A DNA stretch of 64,000 nt from Antedon mediterranea (lineage: Eukaryota > Animalia > Echinodermata): positions 24,180,001 through 24,244,000 of the forward strand of contig NC_092674.1 in assembly GCF_964355755.1 (NCBI RefSeq), in the 5' to 3' direction. Position 1 is the first letter of the stretch. Each line of letters starts with the position of its first letter. The notes beneath the pieces are model-generated. The model searched no databases and had not been told where the DNA came from. It was given only the letters and a program-made list of their open reading frames with translations. A program made the translations under genes and the position numbers. This document shows positions 10,441 to 23,700 of the stretch, one piece after another.

Positions 10441-13400
10441 ATGGCAGAAGATAGGAAGACTACGCTGACTTTGCAGCGCCGAAACAGAAAGGGATTGGTA
10501 ACAAGAAGTTTGAACACTTTGAGCGCATTGTTAAAAACGGAAGGAGTTACTATTGTTGACATAGACGACCAATTAGAGCGGGTGGACGAGGCATTCAAAG
10601 TAGTAGAAAAGGCCCATCTCGCGTTGTTGGATGTCATTGATGACGATGACATATTTGAGCAAGAAGAGGAGTGGATGGCGAAAGTAGAAAAAGAATATAC
10701 AGATCAGAGGAGGAGCGCATTGGCTCATTCTTGCGAATTGAGGAAAGTAGACCATGGTAATGGAAAGGTCGACGCTGCCAACAACCAACAAGGAACTAAG
10801 GCGGTCGGTGAGCTAAAGACTAGTAGTAGTAATTTAAGTATGGATAGCCTAGTGAAGGCGATGTCTTTACCTAGGCCCGAATTACAAATGTATGATGGCA
10901 ATCCTTTAAGGTATTGGCCATTTATAAGAGCCTTTGATGTATTAATGTCGGAGGTATCTGACGACAATTTTAAACTGACTACCTTATTAAAATATTGTAG
11001 GGGTAGAGCAAGTGACGCCCTACAATGTTGCCTTATGCGGCCCCCAACTGAAGGGTACAAACTGGCAAGGGAAATCCTCTCAGAGAGGTTCGGAGATAAA
11101 GGGACGATCGTCCAGACCTGGGTAGATAAGATTGTAAATCGCCCTAAGATTGACGTTGCCGAGTTAAGGCAATTTACCGACGATTTATCATCCTGCAGGG
11201 AAACGCTAGATGCGATGGGTTTTCTTGGGGAATTAAATAACCAACGTAGCCTTAGGTCAATAATTGACAAGTTACCACGATACTTACAGATAAGGTGGGT
11301 TAAAGAATATCAAAGGATAAAGCTTAGAGGCAGTCCACCTACCATTGCACATGTTGTTGACTTTGTTAAATCGGCCTCTAAGGAGGCAAATGATCCTGTA
11401 TTTGGTAGCCTTGTCTCGGGTAGTGCAGGTAACAAGCCAGAGAGACAGACGACCAGCAACAGAGAACCCGAAAAACGCCGAAATAAGAATTTTGCCATCG
11501 GATCCCCGTCCTGTCAAATGTGTGAAGGTTCTCATTCTTTATTTGGTTGTCTACAGTTTAAAGAAAAGAATGTTGAAGAAAGGCTATCATTCGTAAAGAG
11601 GAACCGGCTATGCTTTAATTGCCTAAAACCTGGACATAACGCATCAAGATGTCTATTGAATAGGACATGCTCGGTAGCTGGATGTGGACAGAAACACACC
11701 AAGTTCCTTCATATAATTAAGCCAAAGGCGACACAACAACAACAACAACAACAACAAGCCCCCGCATCTAAAGCTCAGCCACATCAAGCAGAGCAGACAC
11801 CAGCTGCTAGTGTACCGCAGCAACCACAGACGCAGCCAGTTGGGCACGCCGACAAGATGAACACCTTCATCTCATTACCAATCTTGCCGGTCACAATACG
11901 ATCACCGGAAAGTGGGATAGAGGTAGACGCATACGCACTATTGGACAGTGGGAGTACAAGCTCATTTTGTACAGAGAGATTGGCAAAGACGTTGAAGGTG
12001 AGAGGTAGACCGGAGAACCTGATCATTAACACCATCGGTGATAATGAAAGCAGTGTACCCAGCAGAATAATCAGTCTGGAAGTGAGAGGCATGGGTGGAG
12101 GAGAACCTGTAGCACTCCCACTAGTATATTCCACACGAAAAATGACAATTCGCTCTTCGACAAGTCGAGCCTTGAAGTTGGATGAAGTGAACAAATGGCC
12201 TCATCTAAATGGAGTTAATCTCCCACGACTAGACAACTCAGAGGTGGACCTCCTAATTGGGCTAGATGTTCCAGATGCGTTACAACCGCTTGAAATAAGA
12301 GCCGGTGGAAAAGGGGAACCGTATGCCACACGAACATCCCTTGGGTGGTCCCTAAACGGTCCTGTTATGGGAAGAAATGAGAAGAGATCTTCCACGTTTG
12401 CTTGCGAGATTCAGAACAACGTGAGGCTTGATCAGATACTGGAGAGATTTTGGACAACTGATTGTGACGTACCTGCATTGGATGACGATGACAGAATGAT
12501 GTCTGTTAATGACAAAAGAGTAGTTAAACTATGGGATCAAAATGTACAGTTTAAGGATGGACATTACCATTTACCTATTCCCTTCAAGCAACGCCCGCCT
12601 ATTTTACCGGACAATAGACATACTGCTGAAGTCAGACTTGGCCATCTCCGACGGAAATTGGTGAAGGATGTAAGCCTTAAAGCCAAATATGCTGAGGTTA
12701 TTAAAACCCTAGTTGAAGAAAATCATGCAGAACCTGTAGGTAACCGCAATTCGACGTTCCCAAATTGGTATCTGCCACACCACGCTGTCCCCAAGAAGAA
12801 TGGTGACGTACGAGTAGTATTCGATTGCGCGGCAAAACATAGGGGTCTATCGCTAAATGACGTAGTCATGCAGGGACCAGATCTTGTCAACAGCCTGATG
12901 GGGGTCCTTCTGAGATTCCGCCGGCGACAATACGCCATCATGGGTGACATCAAGGCTATGTTTCATCAGGTTAGGGTGCCACCAAATGAAAGGGAGGTTC
13001 TTCGATTTCTTTGGTGGACAGACGACGAAATGACGGAAGTGAGTACCTACCGTATGTGTGTGCACCTGTTTGGTGGAACCTGGTGCCCAAGCGCGAGCAC
13101 TTATGCTCTAAGAAAGGCGGCACAAGATAACCGTGCTAAAGTTGATGTTAATATCACTGAGATTGTGAATGAAAATTTCTACGTGGACGACGCTCTAATC
13201 TCTGTTTCAACTGAAGAAGAAGGAGTTAGAGTTTTAAAGAATCTGACGGCCTTGTTATCCATGGGAGGGTTCAAGTTGACGAAATGGATAGCCAATAGCT
13301 CAGAAATCCTACGTCATGTTCCAGTGGAGGACAGGGCCACGACGGTTAAGGAGCTTGACCTAGAAGGTGCCATCCTACCATCCGAAAAGGCACTAGGGAT

Positions 13401-15726
13401 GAAGTGGAATGTCGAAGACGACACGTTTGGATTTAATGTAAACCACAAGGACACACCAAAAACTCGTAGAGGGGTGTTAAGTGCATTAAGCTCGGTGTTC
13501 GATCCCCATGGATTCGCAGCACCATTCACGTTGAGGGGCAAACTCATCGTGCAACAACTCGTGCGTCGGGGCGTTGATTGGGATGAGTCGGTTCCGGATG
13601 ACTTGTTGTCACGTTGGCAATCATGGCAGAACGATCTCCAGAACTTACAAAACCTAAAGATACCTAGATGTCTAGAAGACAACGTGTTCGGTACTGTGGT
13701 GGCACGAGAGTTACACCACTTCGCTGACGCTTCAGAAATAGCGTATGGGGTGACTACGTACCTACGTACGACAAATGAGGACAACTGCACTAGGAGTGCA
13801 CTTATACTAGCCAAGTCACGTCTATGCCCCATGAAAACTGTGACTATACCGCGATTAGAACTAATGGCGGCGACACTGGCAGTAAAGATTGACAAGACAC
13901 TGACTCGTGAAATTGGGCTGAAAATGGGGAAATCTTGTTTTTGGACTGACAGTATGATAGTTCTGCAGTACATCAAGAATGAAGAAAGGCGGTTTAAGAC
14001 GTTCGTTAGCAACAGGTTAGCGACTATACACGACGGCTCTAATCCGGAACAATGGAGACATATCGAGGGGATACATAACCCGGCAGATATTGTATCGAGA
14101 GGCCTCGAAGCGAGGCTGCTGGTAAACAACAAGTTTTGGTTGGAGGGTCCCACATTTTTAAGACAAGATACTGACAAAACCTGGCCTATGCAACCAGATG
14201 GGTATGGTGATGTAAGCGCTGATGATCTAGAGGTGAAGAAATCTGTGAATGTGTGTACCAACGTGCAAGATAACGTTGTTATTCAACACTATTTCGATCG
14301 ATATTCGTCTTGGGTTGGATTAAAGCGAAGTGTAGCTTGGATATTGCGATTCAAAAGTTATGTCGTCCTTAAGAAAAGGAATGACATTCAGAGCCTTATC
14401 TGTGACAAACTCACGGTGGATGAAACCAAACAAGCAGAGAGGGTGATTATTCAGTATACCCAATCCACACGCTATAAAGACATCACAAACATTAAGGGAT
14501 TGGGAGCCTTCCTGGCTGACGATGGTATTATTCGGATTGGTGGTCGAATAGAACTGCAGACAACCCTCACCACTGACCAACGACATCAAATTTTGTTGCC
14601 ATGCGATAACCACGTAACCAACCTCGTTATACGGCATTACCATCTTCAAACAGGACATGGGGGTATTGAACGCACGCTGGCTGATATAAGACAGAAGTTT
14701 TGGTTGGTGAAGGGTCGGAGGAGCGTGAGACGGGAACTGTCACAGTGTATCGTGTGTAAGAGGATGAAAGCTCGGCCAACTGATCAAATTATGGGTCTAC
14801 TACCGAAGTCAAGGATGCAGATTGGCGAACCGCCATTCTCCAGGGTGGGTGTGGACTATTTTGGACCACTCGTCATTAAGCGTGGACGCACAGAACATAA
14901 ACGCTACGGTTGCGTGTTTACTTGCATGACGACACGAGCTGTCCATATAGAAGTCGCCCATTCTATGACGACGGATTCATTTATAAATGTATTGCAGAGG
15001 TTTATCGCTCGACGAGGAGTACCTCAAGAGATGGTCTCCGATAATGGCACGAACTTCGTTGGGGCCAAGCAAGAGCTCAGACGGGCCATGACCGAATGGA
15101 ATCGTCAACATATCGACAACTTTATGTTGCAGAAGGAAATCAGCTGGTCATTCAACCCACCGAAGGCGTCTCACATGGGCGGAGTCTGGGAAAGACAAAT
15201 TCGCACTATAAGAACCATTATGTATAGTCTTGTGCGCCAACAGACACTTGATGATGAGAGTCTCACTACTCTGATGTGTGTCATCGAGAACATCGTTAAC
15301 AGCAGGCCTATTACGAAACTGTCCGACGATCCAAGTGATGATCAACCATTGACTCCTAACCATTTACTCCTGCTGAGGAGTGGACCATCCTTGCCTCCTG
15401 GACACTTTGCAGAGCAAGACATCTACAGGAGACGGTGGCGACAAGTCCAGTATCTCGCTGATATATTTTGGAGAAGGTGGGTGAAGGAATACCTTCCATT
15501 GCTACAACATCGGCAAAAATGGGGTATGGAGAAAAGAGATCTTAAAATTGGTGATCTCGTCCTTATTACCGATAACTCTACTCCGCGCTATCAATGGCCA
15601 CTGGGGTTGGTGGTGGATGTGAATGTAGGTAGTGACGGACATGTAAGATCTGTACATATTAGAACTAAGGGTGGTGTCTATGAGAGACCTATAACCAAGT
15701 TATGTATGCTCGAAAGAGCTAATTAA
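10441..15726 (+). CDS. BEL/Pao gag-pol polyprotein, 1761 aa
   Basis: In order: Gag; triple zinc knuckle (CQMC..H..C, CFNC..H..C, CSVAGC..H..H); poly-Q linker; protease LLDSGS; RT YVDD; RNase H FADAS/PRLEL/WTDS/NPAD; integrase HHCC plus GVDYFG/SDNG/WER. PR-RT-RH-IN order with the triple knuckle is typical of BEL/Pao. Confidence 0.97.
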   Translation: MAEDRKTTLTLQRRNRKGLVTRSLNTLSALLKTEGVTIVDIDDQLERVDEAFKVVEKAHLALLDVIDDDDIFEQEEEWMAKVEKEYTDQRRSALAHSCELRKVDHGNGKVDAANNQQGTKAVGELKTSSSNLSMDSLVKAMSLPRPELQMYDGNPLRYWPFIRAFDVLMSEVSDDNFKLTTLLKYCRGRASDALQCCLMRPPTEGYKLAREILSERFGDKGTIVQTWVDKIVNRPKIDVAELRQFTDDLSSCRETLDAMGFLGELNNQRSLRSIIDKLPRYLQIRWVKEYQRIKLRGSPPTIAHVVDFVKSASKEANDPVFGSLVSGSAGNKPERQTTSNREPEKRRNKNFAIGSPSCQMCEGSHSLFGCLQFKEKNVEERLSFVKRNRLCFNCLKPGHNASRCLLNRTCSVAGCGQKHTKFLHIIKPKATQQQQQQQQAPASKAQPHQAEQTPAASVPQQPQTQPVGHADKMNTFISLPILPVTIRSPESGIEVDAYALLDSGSTSSFCTERLAKTLKVRGRPENLIINTIGDNESSVPSRIISLEVRGMGGGEPVALPLVYSTRKMTIRSSTSRALKLDEVNKWPHLNGVNLPRLDNSEVDLLIGLDVPDALQPLEIRAGGKGEPYATRTSLGWSLNGPVMGRNEKRSSTFACEIQNNVRLDQILERFWTTDCDVPALDDDDRMMSVNDKRVVKLWDQNVQFKDGHYHLPIPFKQRPPILPDNRHTAEVRLGHLRRKLVKDVSLKAKYAEVIKTLVEENHAEPVGNRNSTFPNWYLPHHAVPKKNGDVRVVFDCAAKHRGLSLNDVVMQGPDLVNSLMGVLLRFRRRQYAIMGDIKAMFHQVRVPPNEREVLRFLWWTDDEMTEVSTYRMCVHLFGGTWCPSASTYALRKAAQDNRAKVDVNITEIVNENFYVDDALISVSTEEEGVRVLKNLTALLSMGGFKLTKWIANSSEILRHVPVEDRATTVKELDLEGAILPSEKALGMKWNVEDDTFGFNVNHKDTPKTRRGVLSALSSVFDPHGFAAPFTLRGKLIVQQLVRRGVDWDESVPDDLLSRWQSWQNDLQNLQNLKIPRCLEDNVFGTVVARELHHFADASEIAYGVTTYLRTTNEDNCTRSALILAKSRLCPMKTVTIPRLELMAATLAVKIDKTLTREIGLKMGKSCFWTDSMIVLQYIKNEERRFKTFVSNRLATIHDGSNPEQWRHIEGIHNPADIVSRGLEARLLVNNKFWLEGPTFLRQDTDKTWPMQPDGYGDVSADDLEVKKSVNVCTNVQDNVVIQHYFDRYSSWVGLKRSVAWILRFKSYVVLKKRNDIQSLICDKLTVDETKQAERVIIQYTQSTRYKDITNIKGLGAFLADDGIIRIGGRIELQTTLTTDQRHQILLPCDNHVTNLVIRHYHLQTGHGGIERTLADIRQKFWLVKGRRSVRRELSQCIVCKRMKARPTDQIMGLLPKSRMQIGEPPFSRVGVDYFGPLVIKRGRTEHKRYGCVFTCMTTRAVHIEVAHSMTTDSFINVLQRFIARRGVPQEMVSDNGTNFVGAKQELRRAMTEWNRQHIDNFMLQKEISWSFNPPKASHMGGVWERQIRTIRTIMYSLVRQQTLDDESLTTLMCVIENIVNSRPITKLSDDPSDDQPLTPNHLLLLRSGPSLPPGHFAEQDIYRRRWRQVQYLADIFWRRWVKEYLPLLQHRQKWGMEKRDLKIGDLVLITDNSTPRYQWPLGLVVDVNVGSDGHVRSVHIRTKGGVYERPITKLCMLERAN

Positions 15727-15832
15727 GACCCTATAGTCGTGTTTACTATGTACATATGTATTTAGTTTTTATAATATTTCATTTACCTTTTTATTAAGTG
15801 ATTGTTAAACCCGTTTGGTTTAAAGGGGGGAG

Positions 15833-17097
15833 TGTAAAGTATTGAAATATAATAGAACGCCCTCTATAATTTTGTGGATGTTGCTCCTAGGTCTAATATA
15901 TAGGGGTGTGACCAAATTCCAGGAGAGATGAATTTTGGGTTTGAACAGCGACACATCTCCAACTCGACACTTTTCTAATTTTTTGTTGTGACAAATTGTT
16001 TATTTGGAACTTGTTTGTAACTTTTACAACTTGTTTATAACTTTGAAAGCTTGGTTAATTGTATGAAACATTTATGTGTAATTTGGCAACATTTGTGATT
16101 TCGACAACCTTGTTACTTTTTATATGTAAGTTGATTCCGATTTTTTCTTTATAGAATACTTTATGTTTATAATGTTGAATAATCGATTATGACGTTATTG
16201 GGCTCGTGAGAGTCTGTATCATTATCGATATACAGTAGTTGTTTTAATCACATATATATTATCGTTCATACCGTAGGTAGGCTATAAACTATAACTATGC
16301 ATTATATACCGTATATATATTTCTTGCCTTTGTTGATATTAGTGATTGTTTTAAATTCTCCAGTTGCGATAAGGATTTAATATGTCTAATTAGGATGTTT
16401 TTTATGATATTATTGATACATTATAGCAGTTGTATGCTATTTAGAATAACCTACTGTAGTTTGGAAATCTATACATCATTTGTATTAAGGTATAACGATT
16501 ATAAAGTGTAATGCCTGAGTGGTGCCTCATTTCGATTCATTGGAGGGCAATTTAAGTTTTTGGTTGCCAATAGCAACTGGATAGTTGAGAGGGGATGGGT
16601 TATAAATTATAAACAAGGATCGATTTATTTATATTGCAGCTGTTTTGAACTGGGAGTAGTTCAAGTGCATCTGTTTACTGTGATTGGTATATTTGAGGCG
16701 TCAAAGTCAAGTAGGTTTATATTTTGAACCCCATGGCTCGTTTTAACTTGTAGTGGTAATTGATAAGGAATACGTTTGTTACTTGTTGCTTTAATGGTAA
16801 CATTGTTGTGATCGCTATTCTATTGATATGTTTATATTAATTTTAATTGGTACACTTATACACCTTTTCATTTAACTCATTATAATATCGCTGTAACTTC
16901 TTGAATAACGTTGTATTCTGTAACACATTATAGAAAGTAATGTAGTTTCCTTTATCTTCTTTTAGTCACCAGAACAGAACGGAAGATCGGTCTATTGTAA
17001 ATAAATTGTAGATATTGTATTTGCTGGATCAGTGTCTTTTGTTATCTGCGTCGATTGACCACACACGCCACCAAGCGAACTCGCGTAGTACGCTACA
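15833..17097 (+). repeat. 3' LTR
   Basis: Follows the PPT, ends CTACA, then TSD GTATG. Confidence 0.97.
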
Positions 17098-17703
17098 GTA
17101 TGATTTATATAAACATGGCTTCTAATCCATTCAATGTCGAAACTCTCTCTATAATGGCTCTGTATCGTTCAATTATATAGCGCCCTCTCTCGGCATTTCA
17201 CTTTTCCAAGTTGGTAAAGTGTCTCATCATGGATTATTGGATTATTGGTAAATCGGACAACTAGTGCAAGTTTCGTTGTTAAAAAAAGATTCTAACAGTT
17301 AGTCCAATTGGTTGTGTTTGCTACAATACTGTTCCTGATTACAATTAAAAAGTAAAACACAACAAGTACGATGCAATATTATAATTTAATTGAATCAAAA
17401 GGAGATAAGTGATAGTTTTAAAATTATCAAGAAAGATAATAATGATGTCTATATTGTTTTTTTAACTGTGAATATTAAGTACCCACGTTTAATAATGATA
17501 GAAATTCTGTTTTGAATATTTATATTTGATAAAGGCTACGGTAATCATCCATTTTCCGAATGTTAAAACAGTGTACCAAAAAATACCTATTTTTTAAATC
17601 TAAAAATTAGAGTCAAAAGATTCTAAAAAGTGATAAATGCCTACTGCATGCCTAATAAGCCTAGGCCTACTATATTTAATCGTGATTGGCGGCCACTTTC
17701 GAT

Positions 17704-20700
17704 CTACACCGTACATACAACACACGACAACTCGTAGCCGTTAATGTACGGAGATGGCAGTGGGCTTGTTTTCCCTTCGATTGGATACAGCAGGAAGCCA
17801 ATGTTGTTTCCTGTGGAACTCTGTCTCATTTCTGGATTCGCATCGACACAAATGTATTCGCTTCCATAATACGTGGATTTACTACCCATCAACAAACCTT
17901 CGTACTCTTTTGTCCAATCACTTGGGCAATTGCGTTTAGCCGGGATCATCAAGTTTGTCGACTTCCCACGTGCACGACACACCGCACATACTGCATCTCC
18001 GTTGTTTACTTGGGCAAACGCAGAGACATAACCGGCAGTTTCATATTCGGCACCGTATAGATAAGCCCGGGAGCCTGAACCTGACTGAAGTCTGTCACTT
18101 TTATCAGGCGTTGTAGGCATGCACTGTGCATTTTTACCTGCTCCTTTGTAGCAACCATTTCCTCCGGCAATATACCCTAAAAAAAAAACAATAAGAGTAT
18201 CTATTCAATTCATTGTGTTTAAAGTATAATTAAAAGATAACAACGAATTAAAAAAAACACAAAGAAACAAAGAAAAATATATAAATATCCATAAATACCA
18301 CAACATTTCTACTAGTGAACTCTATTAATCCATAAACATTTACATAATCAATAAGCATTTGTAATGGATTATCTAGGTATCTCAGACGGAGATCCTATTC
18401 GTAAAAAGAAAATCATTTTGGCACACATGGCGGGTCATAACTGAATTTGAACTGTGGAAGAAAAATAATGAAAACTCCCATTTGTGGCAAGTCAATGATA
18501 CACACCTGTGAACACTAGATCTGACGTATCTGGACAGTCATTTCTACCCCAACGTGTATACACAGTGGAGGAGTTGTTTAGTAGCTCCAGAAGCTTATCT
18601 CGGATGCATTTATTAGATGGCACATTTCCTTTAAATGAAATATAGACAGTTAAATTGCATCATAAAAAATATAAAGCATACACGTACACAAAATGTATCA
18701 CCTCCTTTTTGTCTTTTATATAATATATTCAGAAAAGGCAAGACAAGACCCTTGGCTTGTAACATGCATGTGACACGTGCATATTTGTGATTATTTTTAA
18801 ATGCGTTCTTGCAAATTTTAAGTGACATATCATTAAACAAAATAATATATAGCATTTACAATGTATCATCGTGTTTATGCATTAATGGTGATGATATACA
18901 GTTAGTATTTTCCAAGAATATTTCATTTTTCCTATTTTGATAGCCATATACTTTTAAAATGATATTATCATGAGCTCACCAAATCCAGCACCAGGTGAAA
19001 TTATATTCCATACGTATTGCTCAACATTGCCGCCGTACTCTCCGTTATCTTCGATGTTAAACTACACTTAAAAAGATTAAAACATTGACGGTCATCGTGA
19101 TCAGGGAGTGTTATGGAAAACATGCTAAAGGCCAATTTACACAGACGAGCGGTAACAGTAAAGCTTGGTTCCCACTAGCGACGCAACGTAGCGCAACCTA
19201 TGCAACGTAAGAAAATGCCCTTTTAATAATTGTGTTTTCCTCCGCCTGCGTGAAATCAAACATGCGATGTTTGCAGCACTGTTTCGTCTTGTGATTACGT
19301 AATACAGCACTTTGCGTCAAAACGTCGCTGCGTTGCGTCGCTAGTGGGAACCACGCTTAATAAAGCGGAAAACCGCGTAGTTTGTCCCACGTACAATCTA
19401 AATGGTCATAATAACATAGATTGTATATTTTTAATACCGTTAGCGCTCGTTTGTGTAAATTGGCCTTAATGCTGTGTGTGCTGTCCGTTTGAGGAGTTTT
19501 ATTGATCGTAGCGCCCTCTGGGGTCAACTAAGGTTAGCTCTACCGCAAGGTTACTTTCTTTTTAACAAGTATCTTTGAAAGATGTATCATTAAGATGCAA
19601 AGTTGCCTGTGTTTATCACCGTTTTAATGTTTTCTGGTGAGTTTCGGAACCTATATATAGTAGTTATGTTTTTACCTTAGAATCTGATAGTTGTTATTTT
19701 GTTAGCTGTTACTTATTATATTAGAAGAATTTTATGGATCTTTGGTCCAACATGTTACCACGAGGATGGCAAGGTGTGGCTCGTCGTTGTTTCGACGGTA
19801 TTCCACGTTAAATGTGCTGTTAAAATGTTCACCAAATTTAGTAGATAATTGGTTATCCGCAACGAAGTTGCAGGATAACCTCTTGTGATTGTACGAAATC
19901 ATTCTGTATGATTTTTGTGTAACGCTTTTCTCTAAAACTCGCAAACATAACATTTCGGTAACTATCTTAACATATTGACATTTACGTAACGTCGTCAAGC
20001 GAAGCTTTTCATGACGTTTACAATTGCGCAACGTGACTTACGCGCGATTTAACGATTTTGTCGTATTTAACATACCGGTAGCTCAACAACCAAATAACAT
20101 TTCAACTTGAAACTTTGCAAAAGTTTAATTTATATCATGCGCTAACAATTGCGTGTTTTACACAAAGTTACGCGCGCACGCGCATTTAAAATTTCAAAAT
20201 GTGCAAAATTAATTTATAATCAACTTTCTACGCGTTTCATGTCGTTTTAAGCATGTCAAAAATTCCCACGCGTGCGCACATTTTTACGTGTGCGGTGCGC
20301 ACGTAGTATTGAAAACGTACTTTTTTCGCGTGATTTATATTTTTCCAGCCTTTTCTAGTAATTTTACCAAATTTTAAACAATTTCGACTTAAAGATACGT
20401 CATACGAGCACGTCGAATTGGACAATTTGCGCGCGTTTTTTATGAAAAGGTTAAAAAATTCGTTTAAAATATGCCTTTTTTTCAACAGTCGTAATTTCTA
20501 AACTAGACGGTCAACTTTTTATGGATGGCATATTCTGGAAGTAGATGAGTTGTAGATATCGGATCAGGTATTAATATGGCTAACCGGACATTATGACGTC
20601 ATCGTATGGCCATGCGAATATAAAATTTAGGATTTTTGTATCTTTCGTCATAGCTCATCACATTGAATAGAGCGCATCTCCACTTATCCGTTTTCCATTT

Positions 20701-23700
20701 TCACCCCGATTTTGATTTTGTCTAGGTCAATCAAGTATCTTTCGCATGAGTTAAAAATATTTAAATTTTTTTGACGTCATCATGCCTAAAAATTTAAATC
20801 ACGTGTGGCATTAATTTCATCTTTACAGTAAATTTTAATCTGTTATAGCTCGTAAGAATAAAATGTGATAATCACGATTAAAAATTTTTCTGGAAGCTAT
20901 TGGATTGTAGATACGAAATTATGTAAAAATGTTGCCAATCGGATGTTGTGACGTCATCATATGGCCAGTTAAATAAAAAAGGTCGTATTTTCATCTTTTG
21001 CGTCATAATTCATTACATTTAAAAGAGCGCGCATCAATATTTCACGTATTCAAATTTCTTCTACACGCTAATACGTTGTTGCTGAGATAATTTCCTTTCG
21101 GAATTGCTACCTTCGCGTTTCATTTTAAAACCGTCAACATGTTAAAAATTGCAATAAATAGCGGGTCCCTTAATTTCACCTATTCTACACTGTATGTGAT
21201 ATGGATACAGATTATACTGTGTATATACTATATATGAATTTAAATAATAAAATTCAGCAATAACAACATATCATATTCTTCAGTTCAGGTCATAATGCCA
21301 ACGTGAACACTTCCTTTTGTCCTCAACCTATCCCCTTAATGTTAATGTTGCACCACTTGCGCGGCGGATAACCAAACTCGTCAAAGTGACGAGTTACATG
21401 TCTAGTTGTGTTTTTTGTGTTGCTTATTTTAACCGATTTAGCGCTTAACATTAACTCATAATTTGGCAAAATGTAGCCTAGTTGTATCCTAATTGTACTT
21501 TTTTTTCAAATTTCCAAAGCAGATTTAAAAAAAATCAATAACTGAAGAAACTAACTTTTAAACAAGGTATCATCCTTTGATCAAATGTATTGGTTTAAAT
21601 TACGTTCGTTTTGACAATCCTGGGAATTTTGATTAGGTTTTTTTCTCTAATTATTGTTGTGTGCCGAATCGATTTAACCAAATGAAAATCAAACCGTACC
21701 ACGAATATTGTTAACATTTGCTTAAGTATTACGTAAAGTCACGTCACGTGTAAAATTTATTTACGAAACCGTTTACCAAAAATTAATTAAACTAAGCTTA
21801 AAGCAAACAACAAAAATAATTCGCCTATAGCATCACATTTTCGCATATACCCTACATCACTAACTAGGTTAATTTGATTGATTTAATGTAGTTATTACAA
21901 CCAGTATTTTAAAATTGCCAAAAATAAAATAAATTTAGCGCTCAGAAACTTAGCAAAACACCTTTTTGCTTTATATTACAGTTTTTCAGGTAAATAAGTT
22001 ATTATCGATCCAATTTTTAGTCAAAGGGGGAATAACTATTATGAAACATCAAAATGGCATATTAAAAAAAATGTACAAAATATGGTTTCAAGACAACATA
22101 TCTTTAACATTGTCGAGAATTGCAAGAAAAAAAGAAAATAAACAGTGGGAAAGCCACTTCGCGTTTTGACCGTTAAATCGTGTAAAATCGACTTACTTCC
22201 GCATTGACGATTTTGAAGCGCCACCTATCGTTGAAAACTGAAACCACGATTTTTCGTCGCCTAGCAAATAAGTGCTGTTTTATTTTAAGCTGTCATGAAT
22301 ATTTAAGAACCGCCCAACATTACCTATTATGGTAAAAGCATTTCCTAATAAGTATTATTGAATAACCAATTGGTTTCCTTCAAAGAAACCGAAGCTAATA
22401 CTGTACAATACATTCGGCGACTGAAGTCGGGACTCGTGAAATTTATAAATGTGGTACGATTTGACTACTGTTTTGTTGTCCATTTTCTGAATAGTCGGAG
22501 GTGCATCCCAACAAATTAAAAAGATTATAATCAATTGTTTTATCAAGAATAATATTAGTTTAATCGAGTATGATATATTTCTATCCTGTTCAAAATTTGT
22601 TGGTGTATTCTCAGGCCTCGAAAGGTACGTACATTTTCTAGCTGTGGGCGTGGTTTCGGCAACGCGAGACACGTGTGTCAGTATAGGCGATAGCGAGACG
22701 TGTGTTGTACTGTGTTGATGCTGATCCGATAGTCGTTAAGTTGTACTGATTACGAGTATCATTGGTCCTGGCCGGCCTAGCCTGGTGATCTGATCCCCGC
22801 AAAAAAAAATACTTTTTTTCAATCAGTATTAATATTATTATTTTATTTTTCATTTATTATTTGATTTATTAGGCTCAATAGATGCCTAGCAGGCTTCTAG
22901 TACTAGTAGGCCTAGATTATATAAATAATAATAGTAAATAAATACTGTAATTTAATTAATAAAATACAGCTTCCATTTGCCTTACTTTTATGTCATCATA
23001 TAATATTATAATTATATATACAACCAGACATTAACATTTTTTTTAAATAATATTTATTATTTTTTCTGACACTTTCAGGAATCGTTGATGATGCAGAGTT
23101 CTTTGTCTTTGTGACTTCAAACTGAGAGTGAAGTGGATAAAAAGATGACACCGGTACCTACTGACATTGTCATACCCAAACTATAATTTAATTATTTAAA
23201 ACAAAATGTTGAATTACAAATATTTATGTTGAATGCAAACCTACTACACTATACTCTGTAAATTATGTTATTGTCATGTGGTAGACCTTAAAAATTGAAT
23301 ATTTATTGTATGTTAGGCCTATTTTATATTTTATTAATACTGTATTAATTACTAATATTATAATTTATATTATACAGTACTAGTTTGTACATGTTTTTAC
23401 CCAAAAAAAATTAATAAATAATTTGTTATTCAATCTAATTGCTTGTTTGTTCATCAATAACAAAACAATTGTAAGCAAGTATATAACAGTTCTTGGTAGC
23501 CGCTTATTTCAGGTCATATTATTAATATTAGCTAGGCCCGACGCGCCCGATCACAACGTCACTAAGTGACTTTCCGCCCCTGGAACAATCGGTCGCTAAT
23601 AGGGCTAGGCCTCAGACTCGTATAAAAGCTATTATAATAGTTATGATAAATATTCTTCAACTAAAATGTATACTGTGATAAATAAACAAGTAATAATATA

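Larger units (their letters stand above)
9153..17097 (+). mobile_element. Full-length BEL/Pao LTR retrotransposon
   Basis: 1265 bp TGT...ACA LTRs, 5 bp TSD GTATG (9148-9152, 17098-17102), polypurine tract AAAGGGGGGAG (15822-15832) and a single intact polyprotein ORF. Confidence 0.97.

Noticed and set aside
10431-15363. Antisense and alternate-frame ORFs (e.g. 13314-14261, 315 aa)
   Set aside because: Shadow ORFs of the BEL polyprotein with no recognisable motifs.
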